32,884 nt of DNA from a virus. The position numbers were made by a program, and so were the translations under genes. The stretch lies in the UHGV virus genome UHGV-2201191. The stretch is one strand, 5' to 3'. Of this stretch, positions 25,340 to 32,884 are shown piece after piece. The notes below the pieces were generated by a model, which saw nothing but the letters and a program-made list of their open reading frames with translations, ran no database searches and was not told where the DNA came from. How positions within the stretch are numbered: position 1 is the first letter of the stretch; every line of letters starts with the position of its first letter.

Positions 25340-26854
25340 TTAAGAAGGGTAATCAATGGAAGTATAGCGGATGGTGAGGGATAAGCTGAACGTGCGTCCG
25401 GGGGCGGTAGCGGCGGCCGGATAAGCATCATTGCCAAGGCCGTCAAATGACTGAGGGTTGTTCAGCATGGCGTTCTTCTCATAAATGCCGTTCTGATTTT
25501 CTACAACCAGCTGCCAGTCCGAACGAATTTCCACGCCTGGAGAAAACGTCCATTTCACATTTCCGCCCTCTCCGGTGGAAACAGCCTCATTGCTGGTCGC
25601 CAGAAGAGAAGCCGTTCCATTTTCCACCCGGTAAAGCGACAACGTGCCTGAATTGGCGCTCGTAGGATTCGTCGTCACGATTTCCTGCAGCGTGATTCCC
25701 TTTCCTTCCGGGTTGCCTTCCGGGAAATCGGGATAAACGTCCGAGGGGATGAACCGCCAAGACCTGTATCCCATCGGGACATCCGTATACTCTCCCTGGG
25801 GAGGTGGGAGCGTATAATTGCGCGTGACCAGTCCCGCGCGCAGCACTCTAAGGTACGCTTTTTCCCCGGAGTCCTGTTGTGTCGCGGTGATTCTTACTGT
25901 TCCCGACGCTCCCTCGTTGGCGGAGACTGCCACCTTGAATGATCCGTTGTTGCCGTTGACCACATCGGAGATGACGACAGAGGAACTTGGAGAACTGGCC
26001 GTCCAGTCAACGCTGACCTCTCCCGGACTGTAAAAAGAAGACACATTCACAGAATAATCGCCTCCAGTAATGGGAACCTGCAATTCGGTTGGAGAAAGGC
26101 TGAATGAGAAAGTAGGAAGCGGCTGACGAAATTCAACCTCAACAGCCTGCCCGGTTCCGTCCTGAATGACCTGGAGCGACATGGTCCTGTCCTCGTCTCC
26201 TTCATTGGCGGAGACTGCCACCTTGAATGATCCGTTGTTCCCGTTGACCACATCGGAGACGATCAACCCTTCGGAGACGTCGGCTATCTGCCACCCCTGC
26301 CCGACCGGACCCGGGGTAAACGAAGATTCCACGTTCACGGTATATTCACCCCCCTGGACGGGCACGTCAAAAGAAGCGGGTGTCACGGCAAAAACCCAGT
26401 TGGAATTGTCTGGTGTCCTGTCGGTGACGGTCATGGTCAGCGTGACCAGCAGGCACAGATAGCCGTCCTCTGGAGACGGAGGCGGGACGAAGTTTTCGGT
26501 TTCAAACTGGTAGCCGGTGATGACGGCGGCAAACCGCCATTGCGGCTGTTCGGCGAACTGCAGGTAGAGATAGCCGTTCTGGTTGCTGGCCAGCCACAGA
26601 GCCATGTTCTCTTGATAGGAGGCCATATCCTGAAAATCAACGAACCAGCGGTAAAACGCGATTGTGCGCTGCTCCACGGCGCTCCCAAGCCCCTGCGCGA
26701 ACGCCCTGGGACCGTCTACCAGCGACGTTTCAAATGCTTCCATGGAACCGCCGAAACGGGGCGGCTCCGGCGTATCGTCCCAGAGGTTGAGCAGCTGAAT
26801 CTGGTTGCCGGCGGCGGAAACGTAGCGGGCTGCGTAGGGGGCCTGGTAGGTCAT
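25340..26854 (-). CDS. Virion structural protein with two tandem BACON/Ig-like domains (504 aa), possibly the major tail protein
   Basis: A duplicated segment ...GG(E/D)Y(T/S)VNV(E/S)S...W...(V/I)SDVVNGNNGSFKVAVSANEG is present. It is encoded by a 61-bp direct DNA repeat 288 bp apart. The gene lies between the endolysin and the chaperone/TMP. Confidence 0.55.
   Translation of the reverse strand: MTYQAPYAARYVSAAGNQIQLLNLWDDTPEPPRFGGSMEAFETSLVDGPRAFAQGLGSAVEQRTIAFYRWFVDFQDMASYQENMALWLASNQNGYLYLQFAEQPQWRFAAVITGYQFETENFVPPPSPEDGYLCLLVTLTMTVTDRTPDNSNWVFAVTPASFDVPVQGGEYTVNVESSFTPGPVGQGWQIADVSEGLIVSDVVNGNNGSFKVAVSANEGDEDRTMSLQVIQDGTGQAVEVEFRQPLPTFSFSLSPTELQVPITGGDYSVNVSSFYSPGEVSVDWTASSPSSSVVISDVVNGNNGSFKVAVSANEGASGTVRITATQQDSGEKAYLRVLRAGLVTRNYTLPPPQGEYTDVPMGYRSWRFIPSDVYPDFPEGNPEGKGITLQEIVTTNPTSANSGTLSLYRVENGTASLLATSNEAVSTGEGGNVKWTFSPGVEIRSDWQLVVENQNGIYEKNAMLNNPQSFDGLGNDAYPAAATAPGRTFSLSLTIRYTSIDYPS
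25915..26263. repeat. Direct repeat (about 58/61 identical) marking the tandem BACON-like domain duplication
   Basis: Copies at 25915..25975 and 26203..26263 (ggcggagactgccaccttgaatgatccgttgtt...). Confidence 0.8.
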
Positions 26855-26860
26855 GGGCGG

Positions 26861-27442
26861 TTACTGGTTGAGGTAGTCCTTCACCCCTTCGGCAATCGCT
26901 TCGGCAATGCGTCCGGGATGGTCCTTCATCAGGGCGGCGTTTTCAGGATTGGTGATAAAGCCGCATTCGCACAGCACCCACGGGCAGCGGGTCCTTTTCA
27001 GGACGGCGAGGCCCGGACGCGACTGCACGGTATTGGCCCGGCCGGGAAGCAGGCGGGAAAGAGGTTCCGCGATGCACATGGCCAGCCTGCTGCCCTTGAC
27101 GCTGCCCGGGTAAAAACATACATGGGCGCCATGCGGGCCGGGATTTGGGACGTTTATGATTTCCGGCCCTGTTTCAGTTTCCACCGTTTTTTCAGTACTG
27201 GCGCTGTCACAATGAAGGGAAATGCCGAAGTCATAGCCGCCTTCATTGGCGGCCTTGATGGTGGCGTTCAAATCCTGGGCATTGCTCATGCCAGGAAAGT
27301 CAATCACGTCCACCTTGGCGCCCAGTCCCTGAAGCATGGGGGCAAGGCATTCGGCGATCGTCACGGCGACGGCGTGTTCTTCAAGACCGTTCCCGCGGGA
27401 TCCGGTGTTGTTGGCATGTCCAATATCAATGGCTATTTTCAT
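26861..27442 (-). CDS. N-acetylmuramoyl-L-alanine amidase (Amidase_3) endolysin
   Basis: IDIGHANNTGSRG...ISLHCDS...CGFITN motifs. Strong SD AAAGGAGA upstream. Confidence 0.9.
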   Translation of the reverse strand: MKIAIDIGHANNTGSRGNGLEEHAVAVTIAECLAPMLQGLGAKVDVIDFPGMSNAQDLNATIKAANEGGYDFGISLHCDSASTEKTVETETGPEIINVPNPGPHGAHVCFYPGSVKGSRLAMCIAEPLSRLLPGRANTVQSRPGLAVLKRTRCPWVLCECGFITNPENAALMKDHPGRIAEAIAEGVKDYLNQ

Positions 27443-27507
27443 GAGTATTCTCCTTTAATGGTTGGTCGTTAATATGATTGAACTGGTAAGAAAAACTTTA
27501 CTGTTGC

Positions 27508-27759
27508 CTATTTTTCCAACTTCCGTTCGATATTCTCAATTCTGACGGCAAGCAGCTGAATCGCCTTGGCCGTCTCGACCTGGGCCTGTGTCTGCATGGT
27601 CATCAGGTCACACAGCCGGTCATTATGGTGTCCCATGACATCTCCGATGTACCAGCAGGACGCGCCGCAAATGACCAGCGACAGCATGACGCAGGCAAAC
27701 ACGGGTGACGCCTTGGCAAAATCCATGAAACGCGCCGGCACTTCGGAGAGTTTGCACAT
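27508..27759 (-). CDS. Small membrane protein: N-terminal TM plus C-terminal coiled coil (holin or i-spanin-like)
   Basis: TM segment ASPVFACVMLSLVICGASCWYI and a C-terminal helical QAQVETAKAIQLLAVRIENIERKLEK. It lies immediately upstream of the amidase. Confidence 0.4.
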   Translation of the reverse strand: MCKLSEVPARFMDFAKASPVFACVMLSLVICGASCWYIGDVMGHHNDRLCDLMTMQTQAQVETAKAIQLLAVRIENIERKLEK

Positions 27760-27763
27760 GGTG

Positions 27764-28048
27764 TTACTTCTTGGAGGGAATTACCTGCACAACGGGCGGA
27801 ACGTCCGTTTCGGGTTGCGCCTGTGAATAGGAAATATGGCCCGGTTCCAGAACCAGGCAGGAGCCGTCCTTGCATACGACCGTCTTGTCCGGCGTTACGT
27901 CCACGGAATGGCCGCACCCCGTGACGGTGATGTAACCGGCTGTGGCCAGAGCGCCGATGATGGCGGCAATCACGTACTTGACCCAATTCCCCCAACGGGC
28001 GGATGCCGCCTGCTGGGCCTTTTCGATGTCTTCTTTGCTGATATTCAT
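27764..28048 (-). CDS. Small membrane protein with a possible lipobox (VTGC), holin or o-spanin-like
   Basis: Hydrophobic segment WVKYVIAAIIGALATAGYITVTG followed by Cys. There is a 4-nt gap to the next gene. Confidence 0.35.
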   Translation of the reverse strand: MNISKEDIEKAQQAASARWGNWVKYVIAAIIGALATAGYITVTGCGHSVDVTPDKTVVCKDGSCLVLEPGHISYSQAQPETDVPPVVQVIPSKK

Positions 28049-28051
28049 GGT

Positions 28052-28450
28052 TTATTGTTTGGTGAAGTATTTGAAAAAGTCCACGGCGGCGGGATCCGTG
28101 ATCACAAAAGCCGGGTAATCACGGGAAGTGAACACCCTGCGCCCGCCCTGGGGATTGACGGCCTCAACGGTCAAATCCACAGTTTCCGTCGTCCGCATCG
28201 GTTCATCCGCCTCCGGAACGTAAAACTCTTTCAGCCGCGCCCAAACCTGGGAGGCCTGCCACGGTTCCGACAATCCCACCAGCGCGGCCACTACCGCCTG
28301 CATGGCCGGAGCCTGCTCCGCTGGTATCTCGTCCGCTGTATAGATGTCTGCCCGCGTGTACCCTTCCGCGTCCTGGTAAATGGCCGCCAGGCCGAATTCA
28401 TCCCATTGACCGGGTTTCGGGAACTGTATTTGTATTTCTGCTCTGTTCAT
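28052..28450 (-). CDS. Hypothetical protein (132 aa), possibly a fibre assembly factor
   Basis: Directly downstream of the collagen-like fibre gene. Confidence 0.3.
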   Translation of the reverse strand: MNRAEIQIQFPKPGQWDEFGLAAIYQDAEGYTRADIYTADEIPAEQAPAMQAVVAALVGLSEPWQASQVWARLKEFYVPEADEPMRTTETVDLTVEAVNPQGGRRVFTSRDYPAFVITDPAAVDFFKYFTKQ

Positions 28451-30165
28451 TCTATTGGTACGTTAATATCTTCAAAAGCGGCGGTTGCCTCGGATTCAAT
28501 GGCATTCGTTCCTATCGCGTCCAACCCGTAAAAGAGGGGGTTCACATTGCCCGGCTGGTAATAGGCATATTCCCCGGGTCCCGCATAAACGGAAGCCGTG
28601 CCGCTGGTGGTGTTGATCACATCCGTCACCCAGCGGGAAATGCCGACGCCGGTCTCAAAATTGGAGACGCCCCGGCAGGTGGCGATCTTGAACAGGTTGT
28701 TGGTCTGTGCCCCCGTGACCAGCAGCCAGAGGCCTCCCAGGTTTTCATAAACGCTGCTGTTGGCAACCGTCTGCTGCTGGTAAATAATCTTGCAGACCGT
28801 CCACGGGACGGGCTCGTTCTGCGTCGCCGGTATAAAGCTGGTCGTCGTCTTGACCTGCCATCCATCGGCGGACGTCAGCGCATAAATTTCACGCACGCGC
28901 ACCGTATAGCCGTTGCGAGCCGTATCGCGCACGTTGTCAAAGGTGATGTCCAGAATCTCCCCGGAATTAAATGCCAGGTCATTGCCCGGAATAATCGTGT
29001 AGGAGTCGGTGGTAAGGTCCGCCCTGATTGTTTTCGCTCCCCGGCCGATGCCCATCGTTATCTTCGCCGCGGCCGTGGCCCGCCAGACAAATGAAAAGCC
29101 GGCCCAGGAAGAATAATTCCATTGGGAACTGGGGCCTTCAAAGGGGGCCTGAATAGTCGTGTGAGCGCCCGAGGGAATGCCTATGCGGGCCATCTGGTAG
29201 GGAACCGTTTTAGTCACCGTTGCCGTGCCGGTAGTTGTCATCGAGTCCGTATTCAGGAAAGCCGCCGCCGCATAAGCATTGGCTGCGCCGGCCATGCCCG
29301 CGGCATACAGGCGGTTGACGCCGGATTCATTGGTCGGCGCTCCCACGGCCAGCGGGATGTTGACGCCTCCATTGGCGTTGATGGCGCTTGAAAACGCCTG
29401 GGGCTGGCTCCACGTATACGATTCTTCCGTATTGACGTCGCCGGGATCTCCCTTTTCCCCTTGAGGGCCCTGGGGCCCCACCGGACCTTCCGGCCCCTGC
29501 GGGCCTTCGGGACCTTGCGGGCCGGCCGGGCCCGTATCTCCCTGCGGGCCCTGCTCGCCCGTTTCGCCCTGCGGCCCCCGTTCCCCGGTTTCTCCGCGGG
29601 GGCCCTGCGGCCCTTCGGGGCCGGTTTCGCCCCGTTCTCCCTGCGGGCCTGCCGGCCCTTCGGGACCGACATCCCCGCGGGGAATGGTGAAGGAGAGCTT
29701 ATAGGATCCGGCAGCCTCCCCTTTGACGGCTTCCGCGGCGGCGGGCGTCCCCGGTTCCCCGGTGGTGACTTCGTCAACGGACAGGCTAAAATTCTCCGCG
29801 TACTTCTTGGCCTGTTCCGCGTACCAGGCGGCGCTGGACGCATTATCAAGCACTACCTGCACGCAGCCGCTTCCTTCCGGAAGCTGCACGACGACCGCGG
29901 CCGCCACGGCCTGCTGCTCGCCGGGCAAGTCCGGCGTTACCCGGCCCGAAGAAACAAAGCAACCGTAGAGAAGGGGGCTTTCTTCGCTTCCGTCGTCCAT
30001 GAAGACGTCGTAGGACCACATGCCCGCAGGCACCGACTCCCAGGAAATCACGCCGTTTCCCTCGTCGTCTCGGGAAAATCCGAACTCCGTCACGCCCGTC
30101 TTGAGGCGGACGGCTCCGCGCAGGGTGACGCCGCCCATATCGACGGGGTCGCCCTGGAAATCCAC
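28447..30165 (-). CDS. Collagen-like tail fibre protein (572 aa; GTG at 30165 or ATG at 30138)
   Basis: About 26 uninterrupted G-X-Y triplets ([77 protein letters not shown]). An RGD immediately precedes the collagen segment. A C-terminal globular domain of about 300 aa follows. Confidence 0.7.
   Translation of the reverse strand: MDFQGDPVDMGGVTLRGAVRLKTGVTEFGFSRDDEGNGVISWESVPAGMWSYDVFMDDGSEESPLLYGCFVSSGRVTPDLPGEQQAVAAAVVVQLPEGSGCVQVVLDNASSAAWYAEQAKKYAENFSLSVDEVTTGEPGTPAAAEAVKGEAAGSYKLSFTIPRGDVGPEGPAGPQGERGETGPEGPQGPRGETGERGPQGETGEQGPQGDTGPAGPQGPEGPQGPEGPVGPQGPQGEKGDPGDVNTEESYTWSQPQAFSSAINANGGVNIPLAVGAPTNESGVNRLYAAGMAGAANAYAAAAFLNTDSMTTTGTATVTKTVPYQMARIGIPSGAHTTIQAPFEGPSSQWNYSSWAGFSFVWRATAAAKITMGIGRGAKTIRADLTTDSYTIIPGNDLAFNSGEILDITFDNVRDTARNGYTVRVREIYALTSADGWQVKTTTSFIPATQNEPVPWTVCKIIYQQQTVANSSVYENLGGLWLLVTGAQTNNLFKIATCRGVSNFETGVGISRWVTDVINTTSGTASVYAGPGEYAYYQPGNVNPLFYGLDAIGTNAIESEATAAFEDINVPIE
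29436..29670 (-). repeat. Collagen-like GXY triplet repeat coding region
   Basis: 3-nt periodic ggn-ccn pattern. Confidence 0.8.
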
Positions 30166-30232
30166 GACGCGGACAACCAGGGACTGGTTCAGCCCTGTGA
30201 CGGTCCTGATATCATATTTGCCTGCCTGCTGC

Positions 30233-30272
30233 CTGAAAAAAACAAGGATGCGGGGGCGTCATCCGCCCCCTG
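30233..30272 (-). terminator. Intrinsic terminator downstream of the 203-aa gene
   Basis: GGGGGCG-gatga-CGCCCCC hairpin (minus-strand sense) followed by gcatccttg then TTTTTTT. Confidence 0.5.
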
Positions 30273-30282
30273 GTGAAACACG

Positions 30283-30894
30283 TCAGGAACCCGGCGTCGG
30301 CGTCACGTCCTGCACATTGGAAGGCGTGAACTGGTACTTGCCGCGGTAATCCATCTCGAACTCGAACTGGGGTGAAGCGATCGCCGTGGTATGTTCCGGA
30401 TCCTGAAGGAGCCGCAACGCGCCATGCGCCGTTCCGACCAGATAGATTGTGCCGACGTCGTTCTGGTACCAAAAATGAAGATACCCCTCAATCTTGTTGT
30501 CGCCGCCATGTCCGACGGTGGTCGATTCCTCTCCATTGGCGGGAGGCGCTCCCAGAGCGAAAGACAGCTGGAACCATTCGGGGGACATGTCCGGCGTGGT
30601 AAAGGTCAGGCGCTTGCCGGTCGTCGTGTTCTTGCGCTGCTGGCGGTAGCCCAGCGCGCCGCCGTAAAAGCGCGTCACTTCTCCTTCGACTTGCGTGGCG
30701 ACGGACTGGAACGCGCCCAGCAGTCCGAAGCTCACCCAGGGCGCTTCCGGCCCGGCGGTCGGATCCGTCGGCGGAGATGTCGGAGGCGTCGGAAACTGGT
30801 CCGGCCCGGTGACGTAAGAAGCTCCCTCGTCCTCGGTCACCTTGATCCCGTCGGGAAGGAAAATAGCCAGAACGCCGGTAATCTGCGGCGTCAC
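30283..30894 (-). CDS. Putative major tail subunit or abundant tail protein (203 aa, GTG start)
   Basis: It has its own terminator, as is typical of highly expressed major structural genes. A Pro/Thr-rich linker is present. Confidence 0.3.
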   Translation of the reverse strand: MTPQITGVLAIFLPDGIKVTEDEGASYVTGPDQFPTPPTSPPTDPTAGPEAPWVSFGLLGAFQSVATQVEGEVTRFYGGALGYRQQRKNTTTGKRLTFTTPDMSPEWFQLSFALGAPPANGEESTTVGHGGDNKIEGYLHFWYQNDVGTIYLVGTAHGALRLLQDPEHTTAIASPQFEFEMDYRGKYQFTPSNVQDVTPTPGS

Positions 30895-30947
30895 GTTGCG
30901 GTTGCTAAAAGTGGGGTCGTATGTAGTAGCCCTGATGCTTGAAATGG

Positions 30948-31145
30948 TTAGTAGATGATGGATGCCTTGCCGTCGGCTTCCAGTTTATTGGCGAGTTCTT
31001 TCGTAACACGAATATGCGCTCCTTTCAAGAACGTTGAACGCCCTATGCGCACTTCTTTGGCGAGAATGAGGATGTTCGTGTCGATGACGGCGGCCTGCTC
31101 CGTCTTTTTGTCCGGTTCGGTATTGGCGGCAGTTGCTTTGCTCAT
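30948..31145 (-). CDS. Hypothetical small protein (65 aa)
   Basis: Minus ORF in the structural block. Confidence 0.3.
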   Translation of the reverse strand: MSKATAANTEPDKKTEQAAVIDTNILILAKEVRIGRSTFLKGAHIRVTKELANKLEADGKASIIY

Positions 31146-31450
31146 TTGATGTCAACAAGGTTGAGGGTTTGCAGAGCTTCCGCGACGGGCGCGGGAAGTT
31201 CCGGGGTATCGGTTTTCATGGAAAGGCTGATAATCAGCCCCCCGTCCAGTTCCGCACGGGTGCGAATGACCCGGACGGCCTTCTTGCCGGGCGTTGCCGG
31301 CGTTTGGTCGGGCGTGGACGATGGTTTATCGTCGGATTCCCGGAGTTCATCCGGCGTTGCCGGCGTTTGATCCGGAGATTCCCCGGCTGATTCGGGTTCC
31401 GCCGGGACTTGCCTGGTGGCCTTCTTTTTGGTTGTTGCTCTTCTGCTCAT
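31142..31450 (-). CDS. Hypothetical protein with internal 21-codon repeat (SPDQTPATP...)
   Basis: A 19-bp direct repeat gcgttgccggcgtttg(g/a)tc lies at 31291 and 31354. Confidence 0.4.
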   Translation of the reverse strand: MSRRATTKKKATRQVPAEPESAGESPDQTPATPDELRESDDKPSSTPDQTPATPGKKAVRVIRTRAELDGGLIISLSMKTDTPELPAPVAEALQTLNLVDIK

Positions 31451-31959
31451 TGGAATTGCGGGTTGTTTCTGATGTTAATATTGACCGGGACGCGGTAATC
31501 CACGGTCAAAACGTTCATTTGCCGCTTCTCGCCGTCGATGACGGCGGAAGAGGAAAAACGGCCTTTGATTTTCGGTTTCATCATCGCAGGCGCGGCAAAG
31601 GTAAAAGGGTTCCAGTTCCACAGGGCTTCTTCAATTTCGTCGCCTACCGCCCGCAGGTAGTAGTCGGGCGTCAGGCATTCCGGGGGGAACAGGGCCGCGT
31701 TGTGGTAGACGGCGGCAATGATGAAATACTGCCGCCACATGGTCGGCGCTTCCGTCTGCCCGTGCCCGTCCTGGTATTCGTCCGCATCTCCCGGACACAC
31801 CAGCACCACGCCGTTGTTGCCCATCGCCGACATGATGATGTCATTGGCGGCGTACTGGGGGTCAAAGGGCCGCTCAAAGATATGGCAGTCCAATGTTCCG
31901 AGGCTCTGCAGGCGCTCAATGATGCGCCGGCACATGGTTTGGTCAAGGGAGGGGATCAT
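31447..31959 (-). CDS. Hypothetical structural protein (170 aa from ATG 31959)
   Basis: ATGA overlap with the upstream gene stop. Located in the virion structural block. Confidence 0.4.
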   Translation of the reverse strand: MIPSLDQTMCRRIIERLQSLGTLDCHIFERPFDPQYAANDIIMSAMGNNGVVLVCPGDADEYQDGHGQTEAPTMWRQYFIIAAVYHNAALFPPECLTPDYYLRAVGDEIEEALWNWNPFTFAAPAMMKPKIKGRFSSSAVIDGEKRQMNVLTVDYRVPVNINIRNNPQFQ

Positions 31960-32621
31960 GATTCGTTTCCGATGTTGGCGAGGTAGGTTTCCGCGGCGCG
32001 CTGCGCCATCCGGTCCAGCGTCGGGAGGATCCCCAGCGTGGGCGGGATCGTGACTTCGCGGCAAAGCACGTAGAGGACGTCCCCGGTTTTGGCTCCTTTG
32101 CGGAACAGCTTCCGGGCCGCTTTCTTTCCGGTGGACGACTGCGCCGTCTTGAGGATGAGGACGCCGGTCACATTGCCGTTGCGTCCTCCGTTTTTGGAGG
32201 GAATGAATTGCAAATCGTCTTTGCGGAATCCGGCGCTGTAAATGCTCCGGGCCCCTCCATGCCCGCGCGGGGCGTTGATGGTGGGAATCGCGAGGTTTTG
32301 GATCGGCTGCCCCGTGATTTCCGAGGTGCGCCCCGTGGGCCGGAGCGGGCCGCCCAGATAGCCCTGCGTGCCGAGCCAGTGCAGGCCGATACCGCGCCAG
32401 GCAATGGAGACGCTGACGCCCTCGGCGGTTTCTTCCATGGAGGTGGCATCCGCCGCGCCGTCGTAGTAGTCCTTGCCCTGCTGGCGCAGGGTTTCCTGAA
32501 TGAGCAGGCTGAGGGCGACGCCCGCTTTGCGGATGGCTGTTTTGTGCCGGGACGCAGACGGCTCCATCTCGGCAAACGCCCGGTCAATCGCGGTCTGGTC
32601 GATATGGACGGTTACAGCCAT
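31956..32621 (-). CDS. Hypothetical structural protein (221 aa from ATG 32621; the track start 32714 lies inside the upstream ORF)
   Basis: ATG MAVTVHIDQ... overlaps the upstream gene end by 10 nt. Confidence 0.4.
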   Translation of the reverse strand: MAVTVHIDQTAIDRAFAEMEPSASRHKTAIRKAGVALSLLIQETLRQQGKDYYDGAADATSMEETAEGVSVSIAWRGIGLHWLGTQGYLGGPLRPTGRTSEITGQPIQNLAIPTINAPRGHGGARSIYSAGFRKDDLQFIPSKNGGRNGNVTGVLILKTAQSSTGKKAARKLFRKGAKTGDVLYVLCREVTIPPTLGILPTLDRMAQRAAETYLANIGNES

Positions 32622-32884
32622 TTGACGGGCAAAACATAAGGGGTTGGCAGTTCCACGTGGAGAGCTCCGGCGACGTCTTCCACTTTCCTGACGTGCCCGG
32701 AGGTAAGGCGCCATGTGAATTCCCCCTCTTCCTTCCGGGAGACGGGGATGAACTGGCGGGACGATGCGGCAGCCACATCCGCGGGCCGGGCGAACCAGAC
32801 GTCTTCCGGCTCGGAGAACAGGCGGTCCAGCAGGCGGTCCAGGTAGAGGGATGCCAGCGTTCCGGCCACCGCTCCCCCGGCTGC
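32612..32884 (-). CDS. Hypothetical protein, N-terminus probably beyond window end (track start is GTG at 32869)
   Basis: Open frame running to the window edge. Confidence 0.3.
   Translation of the reverse strand, partial: AAGGAVAGTLASLYLDRLLDRLFSEPEDVWFARPADVAAASSRQFIPVSRKEEGEFTWRLTSGHVRKVEDVAGALHVELPTPYVLPVKWL

Noticed and set aside
29425-29427. RGD motif before the collagen helix as a functional integrin-binding site
   Set aside because: A tripeptide occurs by chance too often. It is noted only as a curiosity within the fibre finding.
1-32884. CRISPR array, tRNA/tmRNA gene, diversity-generating retroelement, or retron
   Set aside because: No spaced identical repeats were seen. No tRNA-like T-arm/acceptor pattern in any intergenic region. 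No reverse-transcriptase (YxDD) ORF is present, so a DGR/retron is unsupported despite the variable-looking fibre and BACON repeats.

Overview
This 32.9-kb, GC-rich (about 60%) window is almost entirely a temperate tailed-phage genome segment in vegetative (non-integrated or permuted) gene order. Every convincing gene except the tyrosine integrase (plus strand, 17876..19063) lies on the minus strand. Reading in the minus direction from high to low coordinates, the first block is a tail and lysis block. It holds structural proteins, a candidate major tail protein followed by an intrinsic terminator, a collagen-like fibre, an amidase endolysin with two small membrane proteins, a tandem-BACON-domain protein, a chaperone, a tape measure protein, a low-GC membrane protein with a GYF_2-like (DUF4339) N-terminal domain, a 714-aa distal tail protein and a GT-A glycosyltransferase. 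Next comes a 590-bp repeat-rich non-coding region, then int. After int lies a low-GC early region of small ORFs (a TM peptide, two paralogous RHH proteins, an excisionase-like HTH protein and several unknowns). This is followed by a recombination module (RecT-like protein, Cas4-like PD-(D/E)XK nuclease, RusA) and an orphan C5-cytosine methyltransferase. A replisome organizer with an internal iteron cluster and a DnaC-like loader come next. The small and large terminase, a Mu-gp29-like portal, a protease/scaffold and a capsid follow, and the last head-region ORF runs off coordinate 1. No host genes, tRNA, CRISPR array or reverse transcriptase were seen. The most unusual items are the GYF/TM gene placed immediately downstream of the tape measure gene, the TM-peptide/RHH/repeat module next to int, the repeat-dense candidate attP/ncRNA region with a G13 tract, a recurring AACCAATAGA motif in front of early genes, and BACON and collagen adhesin-like virion proteins. 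ORF starts marked M in the supplied track are frequently GTG/TTG; starts were re-examined where stated. All functional calls rest on motif-level reading of the translations, not on database searches.
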